A stretch of DNA of 45,246 bases. Origin: a virus (lineage: Duplodnaviria; Heunggongvirae; Uroviricota; Caudoviricetes). Numbering within the stretch: the stretch's first letter is position 1; each line of letters starts with the position of its first letter. Location of the stretch: the IMG/VR virus record IMGVR_UViG_2711768010_000017; one strand, written 5' to 3'. A model generated the notes under the pieces. It was not told where the DNA came from, searched no databases, and saw only the letters and a list, made by a program, of their open reading frames with translations. Shown here one piece after another: positions 31,605 through 40,094 of this stretch. Position numbers and translations under genes: made by a program.

Positions 31605-31754
31605 GGATCAGTAAGCGTAACTCTGGTAGGCTCACTCTGCTTTTGCGCTAAAGCAGTGGGCCGTGGTTCGCTTGTGACCAGTAAGCATGAGCGAATGGCT
31701 GGCAGGTGCTACCAACACCCACCAGCCGCCCATTTTCACAGCAGGAAACCGCCA

Positions 31755-31982
31755 TTACTGGCAGCGTCTGAATTTATTCCCGTACCCGCCGTTATCCTTC
31801 GCCAGACCCGCCAGAACTAACTGAGTCAGTATTAACTGGCACCGGGCTTCGCTTACTCCGGTAGTTCTCGTCATCATGCGTGGCGTTACCCACTTGTCAG
31901 CAGGTAAGAAATGAAGGACTGCGGCGGCGGTTTCTGTCATATCTTGCTGTTTTAGCATGTCTTTTTCCCTTCTGGTTAACAT
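31755..31982 (-). CDS. Small hypothetical protein (possible winged-helix regulator)
   Basis: 75-aa ORF between the lipoprotein moron and the methyltransferase; no confident family assignment. Confidence 0.3.
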   Translation of the reverse strand: MLTRREKDMLKQQDMTETAAAVLHFLPADKWVTPRMMTRTTGVSEARCQLILTQLVLAGLAKDNGGYGNKFRRCQ

Positions 31983-32077
31983 GACATACCAATAACTCTT
32001 GTCTAAAAAGCCAGCAAGATAAAAAGTCAGTATTCACGACCACCAGCGTGTTTACTGTACTGCACCAAGTTTACGGG

Positions 32078-32104
32078 TACAAAAAACCCGCTCAGTGGCG
32101 GGTT
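32078..32104 (-). terminator. Rho-independent terminator downstream of the lipoprotein gene
   Basis: cccgc-tcagtg-gcggg hairpin with A/T extension, followed on the minus strand by TTTTTTGT; near-identical copy at 32755-32783. Confidence 0.6.
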
Positions 32105-32181
32105 GCTATCACAGCTATATATTTACTTATTATGCCGTTACTAACATTTATCTTCGACATATAATCGAAAACAAGGTTTGC

Positions 32182-32598
32182 TTAAAACTCTGCTTTCATT
32201 TTATCCGGGAATTTTTTATTTGCAGCATAATAACTACCAAGTACATAAGCGTTCATTTGCTGCTCTACATCAACCCGACATGCCGCACTAGAACAAGCTC
32301 CACTGATAAGCCCAAAAGAACTCCCTTTAGCAGAGAGATCAGCTTTGATTTCCTCTACAGTGTTTTTCCCCATAGCAACTACACACCCTGTCACAATATA
32401 TCTAGCTTTCACATCATCCATGCTAAGGATAGTAGTTTTCGCAATTTTGCTGTATCCATCATTTTTATAAACATCCATGGCAAACGCACGGCAATCTGTA
32501 TAATACGGACTTGCTTTAACTTGCGAATACTCAGGTAATTTCATACCTGCACAACCAACTAAACAAAAACCTATCGCTGCTATTAATACCTTTTTCAT
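32182..32598 (-). CDS. Lipoprotein moron (function unknown)
   Basis: MKKVLIAAIGFCLVGCAG lipobox signal peptide; AT-rich gene flanked by duplicated terminator hairpins; alternative start at 32607. Confidence 0.7.
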   Translation of the reverse strand: MKKVLIAAIGFCLVGCAGMKLPEYSQVKASPYYTDCRAFAMDVYKNDGYSKIAKTTILSMDDVKARYIVTGCVVAMGKNTVEEIKADLSAKGSSFGLISGACSSAACRVDVEQQMNAYVLGSYYAANKKFPDKMKAEF

Positions 32599-32754
32599 TA
32601 CAGTCATAACCTAGAAGCATCATTGAAACTAATTTATTAAATAACCATCGAGTTTCTGGAATACAGACGTTAACCATCTCTCCAAAATCTAAAAGATAAT
32701 AAGAAAAAATGTTTAACGCACCAATCCATTTCATAGTTTCATGAGACATCAGGC

Positions 32755-32783
32755 ACAAAAAACCCGCTCAGCGGCGGGTTTTT
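32755..32783 (-). terminator. tR-prime-like terminator just downstream of Q (hairpin also has T-run on plus strand)
   Basis: acccgc-tcagcg-gcgggt hairpin flanked by A-run (plus 32755-32762) and T-run (32779-32783). Confidence 0.6.
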
Positions 32784-32886
32784 GACATTTACCAACGGTA
32801 GACATACAAGGCCCATCGTTGAGAAAATCTTATCCATATTTTTTGAAAAATGCAAGTATCACGTCGACATCTTCGGCGAAAATTAT

Positions 32887-33681
32887 CTATCTTGTCACTT
32901 TTCTCAATTGCGATTCAGCATACGCTTCTTCCTGCCAGCACTTTGTAACCAGTTTATTAATAACGTCTGCATATCCTTTGTACCACTGATAATCCGTCAG
33001 GTCCGGTACCAGTTTCTGGACATGATGCCGCGCCAGTGTGGTTGGTAAACGGCTAAACCGGTTGCCATTGCAACGCCCACAAATCTTATAAACAGGCACA
33101 CCATGAAGCCGGGTTCTTTTTTCATCCAGGACAATACCTTTACCCTTACACCCTCTGCACGCTGTGCTGACTTCTCCCTTACCATGGCAATGCTGACATA
33201 GTTCCTTCACCCACTCTTCCTTGATAACAGATTCCCCGCTTCTGGAGTGTTTCACCACTTCGCGCAATACATTATGAAATCCAGTACCAGCACAATGCTC
33301 ACAGCGAGCCTTACTTGCCGCAGACCTGGAATAATCAGCAAAGGCAAAATTCACAAGGTAAGGGATGATCTGTAACCGGGTTTCTTCACTCAATTTGTTC
33401 AATGTCGGGTTATCCAGTGCCATCGCGTAATTGAGCAGACCTTCAATCGCAAATTGAGGATCCTGAACACCAACTTTTGCCAGGAATAAGGCAAACCCAA
33501 GCGGTGCTTTCGACTGCACCATCCCCTGCGCAGCCATCACATCCGTAATCGTTAAACCACCTGAGCCTGTCGCCGGTGCGTCATCGCTCAATTTTGGAGA
33601 TTTTGGGGAGTAATATTTTGGTAAGGCTTCAAGGTTCATGCTCGTTCTCCACTTACGCCAATACGCCAATTGCCAGCGCAC
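32887..33681 (-). CDS. Late-gene antiterminator Q-like protein (zinc-binding)
   Basis: Cys-rich CEHCAGTG...CQHCHGKG...CRGCKGKG...CGRCNG; position immediately upstream of terminator and lysis genes; track start is GTG, alternative ATG at 33639. Confidence 0.65.
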   Translation of the reverse strand: MRWQLAYWRKWRTSMNLEALPKYYSPKSPKLSDDAPATGSGGLTITDVMAAQGMVQSKAPLGFALFLAKVGVQDPQFAIEGLLNYAMALDNPTLNKLSEETRLQIIPYLVNFAFADYSRSAASKARCEHCAGTGFHNVLREVVKHSRSGESVIKEEWVKELCQHCHGKGEVSTACRGCKGKGIVLDEKRTRLHGVPVYKICGRCNGNRFSRLPTTLARHHVQKLVPDLTDYQWYKGYADVINKLVTKCWQEEAYAESQLRKVTR

Positions 33682-34648
33682 GATCGATAAAACGAAATAT
33701 CAGCTCCAGCTGGGAGCCATACTTCTCTTCAAATGCCACGGTATCCGCATGCAGCTCGTCGTGATGCTTTCTGCACAAAGGCAACACAAAGAGGTCATGC
33801 GCTTTTGTACCCATTCCACCCTGACCGTGGCCTATCAGGTGGTGGGGATCATCAGCAGGCTTTCCACAACATGCACACGGCTGTGTCTTAACCCAGCGCG
33901 TGTACTTTTCATTAACCCAGCGGCGGCGTTTTGGGCGTAACATAAAAGACTCCGGCGACTCCGGATCCACTTTCAGCGCCAGCACCTTTTTTGCCTTATC
34001 CTGGATGATGCTGGTGGCAGGAACCGAAGGCACAAGGTCACTTTCCCGGGTGACAGACGGCACAACAGGCTTTGGTAATCTCAGTGCCTTACGGGCTGCA
34101 CTTTCCGGTAAGGCATCCGCCAGGTCATTACGAATCAGCCACCAGCACAGTTCCGGCATTGTCACAACGTGACTATCATCAAAACCGAGATCCCGACGCA
34201 CAACAGACAACACCCAGCGGGCACAGTTATCCGTTGCCATTGATTCCAGCCGTTCCGTGAACTGATCGCGCAGCTGGTTATCGCAGTGCCAGCACAGACG
34301 GATTGCGCCCGGAGCGTGTCGCATTGTGGTCATGTTCTCGCTGTGCCAGTCGGAATGAGGCCACTGGCAGCCTTTTTCACGAAGTAACCAGCTTTCAAGA
34401 CATTCCACGCCACCAGCACGACGGATCACTGCCTCATTGCGGAACACGGCCCGAACGGCAGGATCATCCGCCAGCGGTTGTGATGCCGCCGGAACGGCAC
34501 CACTGGCGAAAGATGAATAACGTTCCGGCTCAGGCTCCAGCAGAACACGCCCCTGCATAAACAGGGGCATCAGCTCTGAACCTGGCCTGAACAATACGAT
34601 CCCCATACGCGGGGCAATTTCAGGGGTCAGTAGTGCTCTCACGGTCAC
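33653..34648 (-). CDS. Nin-region protein with C-terminal Cys/His (HNH-like) motif, DUF968-like by recollection
   Basis: C-terminal CACCGKPADDPHHLIGHGQGG...CRKHHDELH; track start is GTG with GAGG RBS. Confidence 0.45.
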   Translation of the reverse strand: MTVRALLTPEIAPRMGIVLFRPGSELMPLFMQGRVLLEPEPERYSSFASGAVPAASQPLADDPAVRAVFRNEAVIRRAGGVECLESWLLREKGCQWPHSDWHSENMTTMRHAPGAIRLCWHCDNQLRDQFTERLESMATDNCARWVLSVVRRDLGFDDSHVVTMPELCWWLIRNDLADALPESAARKALRLPKPVVPSVTRESDLVPSVPATSIIQDKAKKVLALKVDPESPESFMLRPKRRRWVNEKYTRWVKTQPCACCGKPADDPHHLIGHGQGGMGTKAHDLFVLPLCRKHHDELHADTVAFEEKYGSQLELIFRFIDRALAIGVLA

Positions 34649-34649
34649 C

Positions 34650-35459
34650 TCAATGAACGGTATCGAGCAGCTTTAACAGCTCAGGGAATCGGGATTCGAA
34701 GAAATGCGGCTGCGTCTCGCGCGGATTTGCAGGACTGGTGATGTTCTTGCCGAACATGCAGCCTTTCGCCGTCAGCGACCAGAATTTTTTGATGTTGTTA
34801 ATCGCGGTACGGCTGTATCGTTCGCGTTGTTCAACGATCCCCAGCTTCACCATCTGGTGATATGCCTGATTAGCCGTCAGGCGGATACCATACTGCTTCA
34901 GCAGTGCACTCAGCGACAGCGTGGGGCGACTTGAGCCATCAGGCGCGTCAGCAGGAGCATCAATGGCATAGCGCGGTGCCAGATTCGGTAAGCCAACAGC
35001 CTCCTGAAGCTTCTGACAGGCTCCAAGCACTGATGAGTTAGACAGATTTAATTCCCGGCGCATAAAGTCCAGCAGGATCACGCCAGCCTGCATCTTGTCA
35101 GCAGCCTGTCCGGATAATTTTTCCGGTGCGCTGGTTACCATGTCGAAAGTACGGATCACCTTCAGATGGAATGACGGGCTGATCCACATTGCATAGGCAT
35201 ACACCAGTTCTTTGCAGACATACGTCCCCTGGTTATTTCCGCCATTAATGACGCTAACTGGTTGATTTTGTTCCAGAGGCGGAATTCCACCCTCGGTGAA
35301 AAGTTGTTCAATCAATTCACAGGTTTGCTTATTGGAGAGCCAGTATTTCGGGCGGTTTTTTTGTTCTCCCCCGGCTGCCCTGTGCAGATCGTTCAGGCTG
35401 TAACGCCCATAAGCATCACGACGAACTTCAATACCATCAATGACCATCAGATTATTCAT
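34650..35459 (-). CDS. KilA-N domain protein
   Basis: N-terminal MNNLMVIDGIEVRRDAYGRYSLNDLHRAAGG...KNRPKYWLSNKQT is KilA-N like; ATG at 35459 with strong AGAGGAGA RBS. Confidence 0.65.
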   Translation of the reverse strand: MNNLMVIDGIEVRRDAYGRYSLNDLHRAAGGEQKNRPKYWLSNKQTCELIEQLFTEGGIPPLEQNQPVSVINGGNNQGTYVCKELVYAYAMWISPSFHLKVIRTFDMVTSAPEKLSGQAADKMQAGVILLDFMRRELNLSNSSVLGACQKLQEAVGLPNLAPRYAIDAPADAPDGSSRPTLSLSALLKQYGIRLTANQAYHQMVKLGIVEQRERYSRTAINNIKKFWSLTAKGCMFGKNITSPANPRETQPHFFESRFPELLKLLDTVH

Positions 35460-35478
35460 ACTTCGTTTCTCCTCTTGA

Positions 35479-35868
35479 TCAGGCGGCTGCACCCGCCGGT
35501 TTCTCATACTTACTGATAGTGATCTCGACCTTCCCTTTCTGGATAACCGGTCCCCACTCCACCAGCATTCTTTTCACCTGGCTGTCGTCTTCCCACACCC
35601 CCGCGTGGGTCAGGGCGTCAAACAGCGCCTTGTTATAGTTGTCCAGATCGCGGATCCGGTTATCCGGAGGAAACAACACGATCTCCACTGAAGCAGGTGC
35701 CGACGTTGGTTTTGGCAGACGACGTAACTGCTCAACTATTGCTGCGCACGCCGCGCTCTGAAATTTTCGCCCCGCCGCGCTTATCAGGCTCTTACCAGCA
35801 AATGCCCCTTTGTTGGGGTGTCGCCAGTACGTGTTCACGCTGGGCGGGAAAGGCAGGATCAGCTTCAT
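35479..35868 (-). CDS. rusA: Holliday junction resolvase RusA
   Basis: 129 aa with RusA-like motifs (PPSVNTYWRHPNKG, DLDNYNKALFDALTHAGVWEDDSQV). Confidence 0.85.
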   Translation of the reverse strand: MKLILPFPPSVNTYWRHPNKGAFAGKSLISAAGRKFQSAACAAIVEQLRRLPKPTSAPASVEIVLFPPDNRIRDLDNYNKALFDALTHAGVWEDDSQVKRMLVEWGPVIQKGKVEITISKYEKPAGAAA

Positions 35869-36191
35869 ACTTTCAGGCCTCTCTCATGTAACCAGTGGGT
35901 TGCACGCAGCCTGGCGTTTTCCTCACCGGCAAGCAGTGAGCGGATAATCCCGACCGCCTCGCTGTCGTCGTCCTTCACCGCGGTATGAAGAGTGATACCC
36001 CGGGCCATGCCACGCTTTATCGTGATGACGCCTTTTTTCTCCAGTGCGCGAAGATGTTCCACCGCTGCATTCACTGAACGGTATCCCAGCATGGTTGCCA
36101 CCTCCTGATTGGTTGGCGGGAAGCCACGTTCTTTCTGGTAAGAAATCAGCATATCCAGCACCTGCTGCTGGCATTGAGTTAACGTCGTCAT
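35865..36191 (-). CDS. LexA N-terminal DNA-binding-domain homolog lacking the S24 peptidase domain
   Basis: LTQCQQQVLDMLISYQKERGFPPTNQEVATMLGYRSVNAAVEHLRALEKKGVITIKRGMARGITL aligns by eye with E. coli LexA residues about 3-70; only 108 aa. Confidence 0.7.
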   Translation of the reverse strand: MTTLTQCQQQVLDMLISYQKERGFPPTNQEVATMLGYRSVNAAVEHLRALEKKGVITIKRGMARGITLHTAVKDDDSEAVGIIRSLLAGEENARLRATHWLHERGLKV

Positions 36192-36841
36192 GCCGCCATC
36201 TCCCTGACCAGTTTTTCCGCCTGCTGGCGAACCTGCGCCAGAAACGCCTCACCACATGCCTCAAGTTCATCGCGCCCGATGTAGCTGATTGCCGGTCCCT
36301 TCCAGGTCTTGTCGAAAACAGCAATAGCACCAGCGAAGAAAGCGCCTGTCGGCACCTGCTTCTCGTCCTTCGGGATAAACCAGGCAGGCAGTTCAAAACC
36401 AATACGCCCGCGAATAAAAGCAATATGATCTGCATCTTCCGGCCACCACACTTCGCTGGTGGCAGCTTTGATCAGGAAAACATAGCGTCCGCCCTTATCA
36501 CGCATGGCACTGGCATGTTTCATGATGTAACGCATGCCGGTGATGTATTGCCCTTCATGCTGACTGGCGCGGCTGTACGGGGGATTACCAAAGGCAGCAC
36601 CTTTAAGCTCCGCAAGACGTTCAGACCAGTCATGCGCCAGCGCGTTGTCTTCCGCAGTGTAATAAGCGGCACATTTGGCGTTATCACCATCAGTGAACAG
36701 ATCCAGAACAAACGGGCCAAACAGGGTGTTAATTCCCCAGAAAATGTTATCCGGCGTGCGCCACTGATCGCCCACTTCCTTCAGTTCATGGGCTGGTTTG
36801 TTCCGCAGCTCCACCAGCGCCTGGCAATATTTATTACTCAT
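36188..36841 (-). CDS. Phage Dam-like N6-adenine DNA methyltransferase
   Basis: FGNPPYS (NPPY) motif; first ATG at 36841 (track start 36874 is GTG). Confidence 0.75.
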   Translation of the reverse strand: MSNKYCQALVELRNKPAHELKEVGDQWRTPDNIFWGINTLFGPFVLDLFTDGDNAKCAAYYTAEDNALAHDWSERLAELKGAAFGNPPYSRASQHEGQYITGMRYIMKHASAMRDKGGRYVFLIKAATSEVWWPEDADHIAFIRGRIGFELPAWFIPKDEKQVPTGAFFAGAIAVFDKTWKGPAISYIGRDELEACGEAFLAQVRQQAEKLVREMAA

Positions 36842-37329
36842 TAAGCCCCCACGTAATTCCCTGACAGATACCACTCTTCACCCGATGCAGCGCGCTTGCT
36901 GCTTTTCCGTAAGCACCGCTCACGACGCGCCAGAAAATTGTTTCGTTCTGGCTGGGAGTGGCTTTCACGGAATGCCGCCATCCACACCGTTGCAGCACGA
37001 CGGTATAAGCCCCTGGACTCCAGTTCTTCCGCCTGGCGGGTCAGGCACAAAATCACCCGGGGATCGTTAGTGCCGACATAGAAATTGCGCACAGGTCTGG
37101 TTTCACGAACTGGTTGTGGTTCCGGCTCCTGCGCTCTCTCAGTCAGGCGTGGGAAATGTCTGCGTGTATCTCCTTCATAACGGTGAGCCACACGCCCACT
37201 CTGACGTAACTTGCTTGCTGACTGCAGAACGCGCTGCCGTGAGTAACCTGCAAAAGCATCCGCAATGTCTCCGGAAGTACACCCCGGATGGGCTTCAATG
37301 AATTTCTGAACTTCATTCAAAAGACTCAT
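36841..37329 (-). CDS. Hypothetical early protein (PerC-like by recollection)
   Basis: 162 aa from ATG at 37329; central LESRGLYRRAATVWMAAFRE segment. Confidence 0.35.
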   Translation of the reverse strand: MSLLNEVQKFIEAHPGCTSGDIADAFAGYSRQRVLQSASKLRQSGRVAHRYEGDTRRHFPRLTERAQEPEPQPVRETRPVRNFYVGTNDPRVILCLTRQAEELESRGLYRRAATVWMAAFRESHSQPERNNFLARRERCLRKSSKRAASGEEWYLSGNYVGA

Positions 37330-37331
37330 GA

Positions 37332-38150
37332 TCACCCCCTGAATCCTGCCGGGATCTGGCTGTAGTCCACGTTGTCGTAACTGGCTTTGAAGTACGGGTC
37401 CTCGCGTCTGGCTGCAGATACCGCAGGAACTTCCCAGAATTCTTCGAAATGACGATCCGGACCAAAGAACGTGACAGCCTGTTTCACAAATTGTGTGCCG
37501 CTGTTACCCATCGCAGATACCCATCCCGCGTAGCGTTTCACACCTTCCAGCATGGTTTCGGGGTTTACTCCCTCATTCAAACGGGCTTTCCAGGCTTTGA
37601 AGGCTGCAGATTTTGAATTGCCACCAGCACGTTTGGGATATGCCAGCCATGCCTGCTCAAACTCCGGAGAGTATTCCGGTCGGTTTGAACGAACTCGCAC
37701 GGACTCATCAACTGATGCACCAACAGCTATTGGTTCATTGACTGGTTCTTTGACTGGTTCAAAAGAGTGACTGGTTCTGGGTGAATCTCCTGCACTACCC
37801 CCTGGTGCAACTCCTGCACTACCTGGTGAATTTGCTGCACCAGATAGTGAATTATTTGCACTACCCCCTAGTGAATCTCCTGCACCATCCAGATGAAGGA
37901 GATAGATATTACTTGAGTTACCTTTTTCACCTTTCCGGGTGACTTTTTTTACCAGCCCGGACTCACAAAGGGCCGCAATATGATTCATCACAGAACGTTT
38001 GCTAATTTCGCACTGGTCAGCAATATGCTGGTAGCTGGGCCAGCACTCACCCTGATCGCTGGCATTATCAGCCAGCTTGATCAGAACCAGTTTTCGCAAT
38101 GGATTACCCACTCGAATTTTCATCGCTTTAACCATCAGCTCCATACTCAT
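37332..38150 (-). CDS. Replication initiator (lambda O-like: N-terminal winged-helix, repeat-encoded linker)
   Basis: N-terminal LRKLVLIKLADNASDQGECWPSYQHIADQCEISKRSVMNHIAALCESGLVKK; linker GGSANNSLSGAANSPGSAGVAPGGSAGDSP encoded by DNA direct repeats. Confidence 0.55.
   Translation of the reverse strand: MSMELMVKAMKIRVGNPLRKLVLIKLADNASDQGECWPSYQHIADQCEISKRSVMNHIAALCESGLVKKVTRKGEKGNSSNIYLLHLDGAGDSLGGSANNSLSGAANSPGSAGVAPGGSAGDSPRTSHSFEPVKEPVNEPIAVGASVDESVRVRSNRPEYSPEFEQAWLAYPKRAGGNSKSAAFKAWKARLNEGVNPETMLEGVKRYAGWVSAMGNSGTQFVKQAVTFFGPDRHFEEFWEVPAVSAARREDPYFKASYDNVDYSQIPAGFRG
37741..37890. repeat. Iteron-like direct repeats inside the replication gene (candidate origin)
   Basis: Repeated units such as gtgaatctcctgcactaccc and actggttc recur 3-4 times within about 150 bp. 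Confidence 0.4.
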
Positions 38151-38383
38151 GCTGCACCTCCGAGATGCTTCATGTTTTTTCCGGAGCGAAAGGCTATAAG
38201 CGGCATACTGACGCGGTAATTACGGCCCAGCGGTTCACAAATCACCTTCTGGCATTCACGGTCAACCAGGCTAACACGTAGAACATGCCCTGCAGGCGTG
38301 GTGTACCACTGCCCAACTGTAGGAATTGATATTTTTTTACGCTGAAGCAAACGGCAAATATTGAGGATCAACGGATTAAGCAT
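38147..38383 (-). CDS. Hypothetical protein
   Basis: 78-aa ORF with ATG start, tightly packed between flanking genes. Confidence 0.35.
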   Translation of the reverse strand: MLNPLILNICRLLQRKKISIPTVGQWYTTPAGHVLRVSLVDRECQKVICEPLGRNYRVSMPLIAFRSGKNMKHLGGAA

Positions 38384-39212
38384 GACGATGCCCTCCGCTG
38401 ATATTCAGGAGACGGTGAATATGAAAATTAGCCTTATCCGCCAGACGAATACGTTCAGCTTGCAAGTTAAGAAGGGTTTCTACCAGAACCTGATGTGCCT
38501 GCGGATCCGAAAGAGTTACCTTGCGCAGAGCACGTAGTGCAGTTGTTACATAACTGAGTTTATGTAAGTCTTCATCATTCAGACGAGTGAGGGCTGGGAC
38601 AGTAGCCATGATGGCAGCCTCCTTGATCGGTGAAATACTTCCACCACCGGAAACGCCAATTTCGCTGGTGGTGAACTGAACGGGGTTGGCGTAACCGGTG
38701 ATCAAGGAAACCGGCGCATCTTTCGATGCCCCCGCCCAGCCCACCATAACTTTGATGTGAGCAAATGCGGACGATAAAAAAGACGCTGGCGCGTCATATA
38801 TCGCCTTGATCAATTCCAGGACGCCAATCCCGGCACCCGCTTTATAAGGTGCCTGAACAGTGTAACGTCCCGGAATGGCAGAATCAATGTGCTGGTGGTC
38901 CTTCACACTCAACAAAATCACGCCTGAATTTCCACAAAGGACTAAAGCACTCATGCGGGTAGTCTTTGCGAAGATAGATAACGCGCTGTGTTTCTGGCTC
39001 CCAACGAATAACATGAACATAAAGTCCTCTTCCGTCACGAAACCAGCGGTTAAGTTCCTGCACAACTCGCCCCCCACAGTCAGGTAAAGTTCTCTGTGGT
39101 TACTTACAGCCAGGTGATTTGGTAATCTGCATTCATGCCGTAACAACAGGTGTTCAGCGACGCTGACCACCAGCTGTTGCGACAAACGGTTATTTGCCGT
39201 TAAACTGTTCAT
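38376..39212 (-). CDS. Hypothetical early-region protein, no recognisable motif
   Basis: 278-aa ORF with ATG start overlapping the neighbouring gene ends; no Walker A motif. Confidence 0.5.
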   Translation of the reverse strand: MNSLTANNRLSQQLVVSVAEHLLLRHECRLPNHLAVSNHRELYLTVGGELCRNLTAGFVTEEDFMFMLFVGSQKHSALSIFAKTTRMSALVLCGNSGVILLSVKDHQHIDSAIPGRYTVQAPYKAGAGIGVLELIKAIYDAPASFLSSAFAHIKVMVGWAGASKDAPVSLITGYANPVQFTTSEIGVSGGGSISPIKEAAIMATVPALTRLNDEDLHKLSYVTTALRALRKVTLSDPQAHQVLVETLLNLQAERIRLADKANFHIHRLLNISGGHRHA

Positions 39213-39772
39213 GCGTTAGTTTCTCCACAGACACAAAACGCCACGACGCCCGGAGCTGCACACTCGCGGGCGTCACTCTTTTCTGGAGCGCAAAAGATTT
39301 TGTAGACCAGTGCTGCATGCTCCTGGAGCTTCGAAATTGACAGATACAACTCATCATTAATTGCTGTCTGCTCGTGTGGCTCCACTACCCCATCTTCGAT
39401 TGCCGAACGAATCTGCTTTGAGTAACTCCCGATCTGTTCGATGACTTCCAGCAGGCGCTGGTTTATATCGGCGTTCTCTACTTCCTCAATTTCAGGAAGC
39501 GATACAAACACCCCACCAGCAGACTGTGCGACAGCATCCGCAATGTAGTGAGTGCCAGCCGCGCGCTGTAAAATCATTGCCCATCCCAGCGGGAAAATCT
39601 GATCGCCATCTGCACGAAGGCGGTTGAATAAAGCGTTCTCTGTTACATCCAGCCACTCAGCAGCTTCAGCGTAACCCCCCGGCAACGCCGCGATAGTTTT
39701 TCTGACAGCTTTCACGTACCACTCAGGCTGTTTTTCTACTTTCCAGTGATGCTTACCCACGGTTAGCCTCAT
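39209..39772 (-). CDS. Hypothetical early regulatory protein (CII/YdaT-like position)
   Basis: 187-aa ORF directly downstream of cro; ATG start; acidic central region. Confidence 0.45.
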   Translation of the reverse strand: MRLTVGKHHWKVEKQPEWYVKAVRKTIAALPGGYAEAAEWLDVTENALFNRLRADGDQIFPLGWAMILQRAAGTHYIADAVAQSAGGVFVSLPEIEEVENADINQRLLEVIEQIGSYSKQIRSAIEDGVVEPHEQTAINDELYLSISKLQEHAALVYKIFCAPEKSDARECAAPGVVAFCVCGETNA

Positions 39773-39803
39773 CGTTCTGTGGTTAAAAATTGAAGGTGTT
39801 CTG

Positions 39804-40004
39804 TTAATCTTTCGGATAGATATCCGGTCTTAAGTCAGATTTCGTAATTGCACCTGACGTGCATTGCTCAAGTTTTTTAGCCAGCACAAAACTGGCTTTT
39901 TTATAACCATTGAAAACCAGCCGTAAGTAGCCTGGTGTTGAGCCAACTTTTCCGGCCAACTCACCCTGCTGTTCTTTGGTTAAAGAGTCCCAATACGCTT
40001 TCAT
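39804..40004 (-). CDS. Cro-like HTH regulator
   Basis: 66-aa product MKAYWDSLTKEQQGELAGKVGSTPGYLRLVFNGYKKASFVLAKKLEQ...; divergent from cI across a 90-bp operator region. Confidence 0.65.
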   Translation of the reverse strand: MKAYWDSLTKEQQGELAGKVGSTPGYLRLVFNGYKKASFVLAKKLEQCTSGAITKSDLRPDIYPKD

Positions 40005-40094
40005 ACAATATGTACCTCCGGTATACATATTACATGATTGAGATGAACCTTCAAGATACTTGTACCTTATCGGTACAAAGGTTTTAATTTCTTT
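40005..40094. promoter_or_regulatory. Immunity operator/promoter region (OR-like) with TGTACC-type palindromic sites
   Basis: atgtacctccggtatacat and cttgtaccttatcggtacaag palindromes between divergent cro and cI. Confidence 0.5.

Noticed and set aside
31605-31755. Possible tRNA gene between the methyltransferase and the small ORF
   Set aside because: Only a generic hairpin is present; no T-loop GTTCGAATC-type or D-loop motif and no cloverleaf could be drawn.
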